Source of the DNA: an uncultured Collinsella sp. | GTDB lineage: Bacteria > Actinomycetota > Coriobacteriia > Coriobacteriales > Coriobacteriaceae | DNA: 63,981 nucleotides | Assembly: GCA_900543945.1 (NCBI GenBank) | Contig: UQTN01000001.1 | Coordinates: 1-63,981 of the forward strand | Direction of reading: 5' to 3' | Shown: piece by piece, positions 62,371 through 63,981 of the stretch | Layout: each line of letters starts with the position of its first letter | Numbering within the stretch: the first letter of the stretch is position 1 | Translations under genes and position numbers: made by a program | The notes under the pieces: model-generated | What the model was told of the DNA's origin: nothing | What the model saw: the letters and a program-made list of their open reading frames with translations, nothing else | The model's database searches: none

Positions 62371-62616
62371 ATGGCTACTGATCACGAGCTCGCGCTCTAC
62401 GTTATGACCGGCTGCCCGTATTGCATAAAGGTCAAGCGTTTCCTGGCCGATAACGGCGTGACCATCCCCGAGCGCAACATCTCGACCGATACCGAAGCCG
62501 AGCAGGCACTCATCGCCATCGGCGGAAAACGCCAGGTTCCCTGCCTGTTCATCGACGGCAAACCACTCTACGAATCGAGCGACATCATCGCGTGGATACA
62601 GAAGAACCTGCTCTAG
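62371..62616 (+). CDS. Glutaredoxin
   Basis: CPYC active site, GGKRQVPCLFIDGKPLYESSDII. Confidence 0.9.
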   Translation: MATDHELALYVMTGCPYCIKVKRFLADNGVTIPERNISTDTEAEQALIAIGGKRQVPCLFIDGKPLYESSDIIAWIQKNLL

Positions 62617-62668
62617 TACGCAATTGCAGTCGGCTCGCCCCGACGTCCAAGCCCATACGACCCAAACA

Positions 62669-62723
62669 TGTACACCAGCATCCAAAGTCGACGTTTTTCG
62701 ACATCTTTGGATGCTGGTGTACA
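62669..62723. repeat. 55-bp hairpin with perfect 19-bp arms
   Basis: TGTACACCAGCATCCAAAG-N17-CTTTGGATGCTGGTGTACA, followed by GCTTTTT. Confidence 0.75.
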
Positions 62724-62744
62724 GCTTTTTGCATGGCCCCGGCA

Positions 62745-62779
62745 CAGGTAGTCGTTGGGGACGTTCTTAAATGACTAGT
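62745..62779. repeat. REP-like family C variant
   Basis: CAGGTAGTCGTTGGGGACGTTCTTAAATGACTAGT. Confidence 0.8.
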
Positions 62780-62845
62780 TGTTTGAGACAGCCTTTGGAT
62801 TATGGCTGTTTGGGGCCATCTGACGTCTCTGGAAAGGGCTCCTTA

Positions 62846-63089
62846 GAGGGCCGTGTTCAAAAAATGGCAAATATGAGTACTGCTACTTGTTTAGTAACAG
62901 CAATTTTAATCATTTCAGGGATCATTCAACGCCCCAAGCGCCCACAGACGGCGTTATTTCTCCCCATATGTTCAATAAAAGAGACGCCTAATGGTATTAA
63001 ATCTCATCAGGGACCTCATTTTTGAACAAAATAAATGCAACCATAATGGCAACAGTACTCATATTTGCCCTTTTTTGCACACAGCCCTC
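62846..63089. mobile_element. 244-bp AT-rich MITE-like element / internally deleted IS
   Basis: Terminal inverted repeats of about 37 bp: GAGGGCCGTGTTCAAAAAATGGCAAATATGAGTACTG vs reverse complement of the right end GAGGGCTGTGTGCAAAAAAGGGCAAATATGAGTACTG; no transposase inside. Confidence 0.75.
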
Positions 63090-63108
63090 CAGAATAGTCG
63101 TTAGGAAC

Positions 63109-63981
63109 GGTAGCGCACAGAGATGTGGTGTAAGAGGCGGGGCATGCCCCGCCTCCGCCCTTTCCTGAAAGGGAGGGGACACCGCCTAGAATTCGTCGTT
63201 GGAGTAATGAAGGTGACGAATGGAAGGAAAGGCGATGCCCCAAGAAGAGAGTGTACTGCGCCTCGGCCGCGACGAGGCCCTCGAGGCGGCGAGGCTTTGG
63301 CAGGAGTGCGGCGACGCGCGCGAGTTCGCGTGCAGGGTGCTGGGCAGCGTGATGAACGCGCTGATGGACTCCGAGGCCCAGCAGATGTGCGGCGCGAGCC
63401 GCAATGAGCGCAGCGACGGCAGGGAGAACAGTCGCAACGGCTACCGCCCCAGGTCGCTCAAGACCGCCGTGGGCGACGTGGAGCTCGAGATACCCAAGCT
63501 CAGGCACGGCACCTACTACCCCGAGGGCATGCTCGCGCGATGGTCGCGCGTCGACACCTCGGTGGCCGCCGTCGTGCAGGAGATGTACGTATGCGGCGTG
63601 TCCACCCGCAAGGTCGAGCGCGTGGCGTCCAAGCTGGGCATATCCTCGCTGTCGAGCTCGGAGGTCTCGAGCCTCTGCTCCGACCTCGACGCCGAGGTGG
63701 CGGAGTTCCGCCGCCGCGACCTGTCGGGCACGCCGTGCTGCTACCTGTGGCTCGACGCTACCTATATGAGCTGCAGGGTCGGCTCGTCGGTCGTCTCGCA
63801 GGGCGTCGTGACCGCGATCGGGCTGGGCGCCGACGGGCGCAAGCACTTCCTGGGCTGCGACGTGGTCGACACCGAGAGCGAGGACTCCTGGGCGGCATTC
63901 CTCGGCGGGCTGCGCGAGCGCGGGCTGGCCGGCGTTCGCCTCGTGGTCTCCGACAGCCACGCCGGGCTCGTGGCCGCCGTC
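63109..63981 (+). mobile_element. IS256-family insertion sequence, left part
   Basis: Left end GGTAGCGCACAGAGATGTGGTGTAA resembles IS256-family IRs; followed by a transposase gene. Confidence 0.85.
63235..63981 (+). CDS. IS256-family (Mutator-like) DDE transposase, truncated by window end
   Basis: MPQEESV...RNGYRPRSLKTAVGDVELEIPKLR...EMYVCGVSTRKV...YLWLDATY...GLRERGLAGVRLVVSDSHAGL. Confidence 0.93.
   Translation, partial: MPQEESVLRLGRDEALEAARLWQECGDAREFACRVLGSVMNALMDSEAQQMCGASRNERSDGRENSRNGYRPRSLKTAVGDVELEIPKLRHGTYYPEGMLARWSRVDTSVAAVVQEMYVCGVSTRKVERVASKLGISSLSSSEVSSLCSDLDAEVAEFRRRDLSGTPCCYLWLDATYMSCRVGSSVVSQGVVTAIGLGADGRKHFLGCDVVDTESEDSWAAFLGGLRERGLAGVRLVVSDSHAGLVAAV

Noticed and set aside
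63016..63960. 314-aa minus-strand ORF
   Set aside because: Antisense shadow of the IS256 transposase.

Overview
High-GC chromosomal region of a gut Coriobacteriia bacterium (gene content and codon style are Collinsella-like; taxonomic call is inference). It is mostly housekeeping and accessory metabolism. Transporters: MFS, Kup, two NCS2, MATE, DMT/EamA, ClC, K+ channel, VUT. Also present: a bile salt hydrolase, a TPP riboswitch with thiM-(thiamine-binding)-thiE, a MetE-like synthase beside a frameshifted MetR/MtaR-type LysR, two GGDEF/EAL proteins, a tandem pair of sortase-anchored surface proteins, UvrA-like, TetM/EF-G-like GTPase, RNA-modification enzymes, ung, prfC, a YtrA-type GntR-ABC operon, a hybrid histidine kinase, and at the right end a MITE-like element plus a truncated IS256. 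The most unusual signals are non-coding. (1) A strictly periodic array at 49787-50081: eight 15-bp repeats in alternating orientation every 40 bp, with 25-nt variable spacers and covarying arms. (2) Two distant long hairpins (10083-10192, 30175-30328) sharing a conserved TGAAAGAGGAG...CGACGATTGAA core around different inner stems. (3) At least four families of GGGAC-core REP-like hairpins, several overlapping stop codons. (4) A preQ1-like riboswitch ahead of a VUT transporter plus an SDR of unknown role. (5) A 6S-RNA-like gene. No CRISPR array, tRNA or rRNA was found. All product calls come from recognising motifs by eye, not from database searches.
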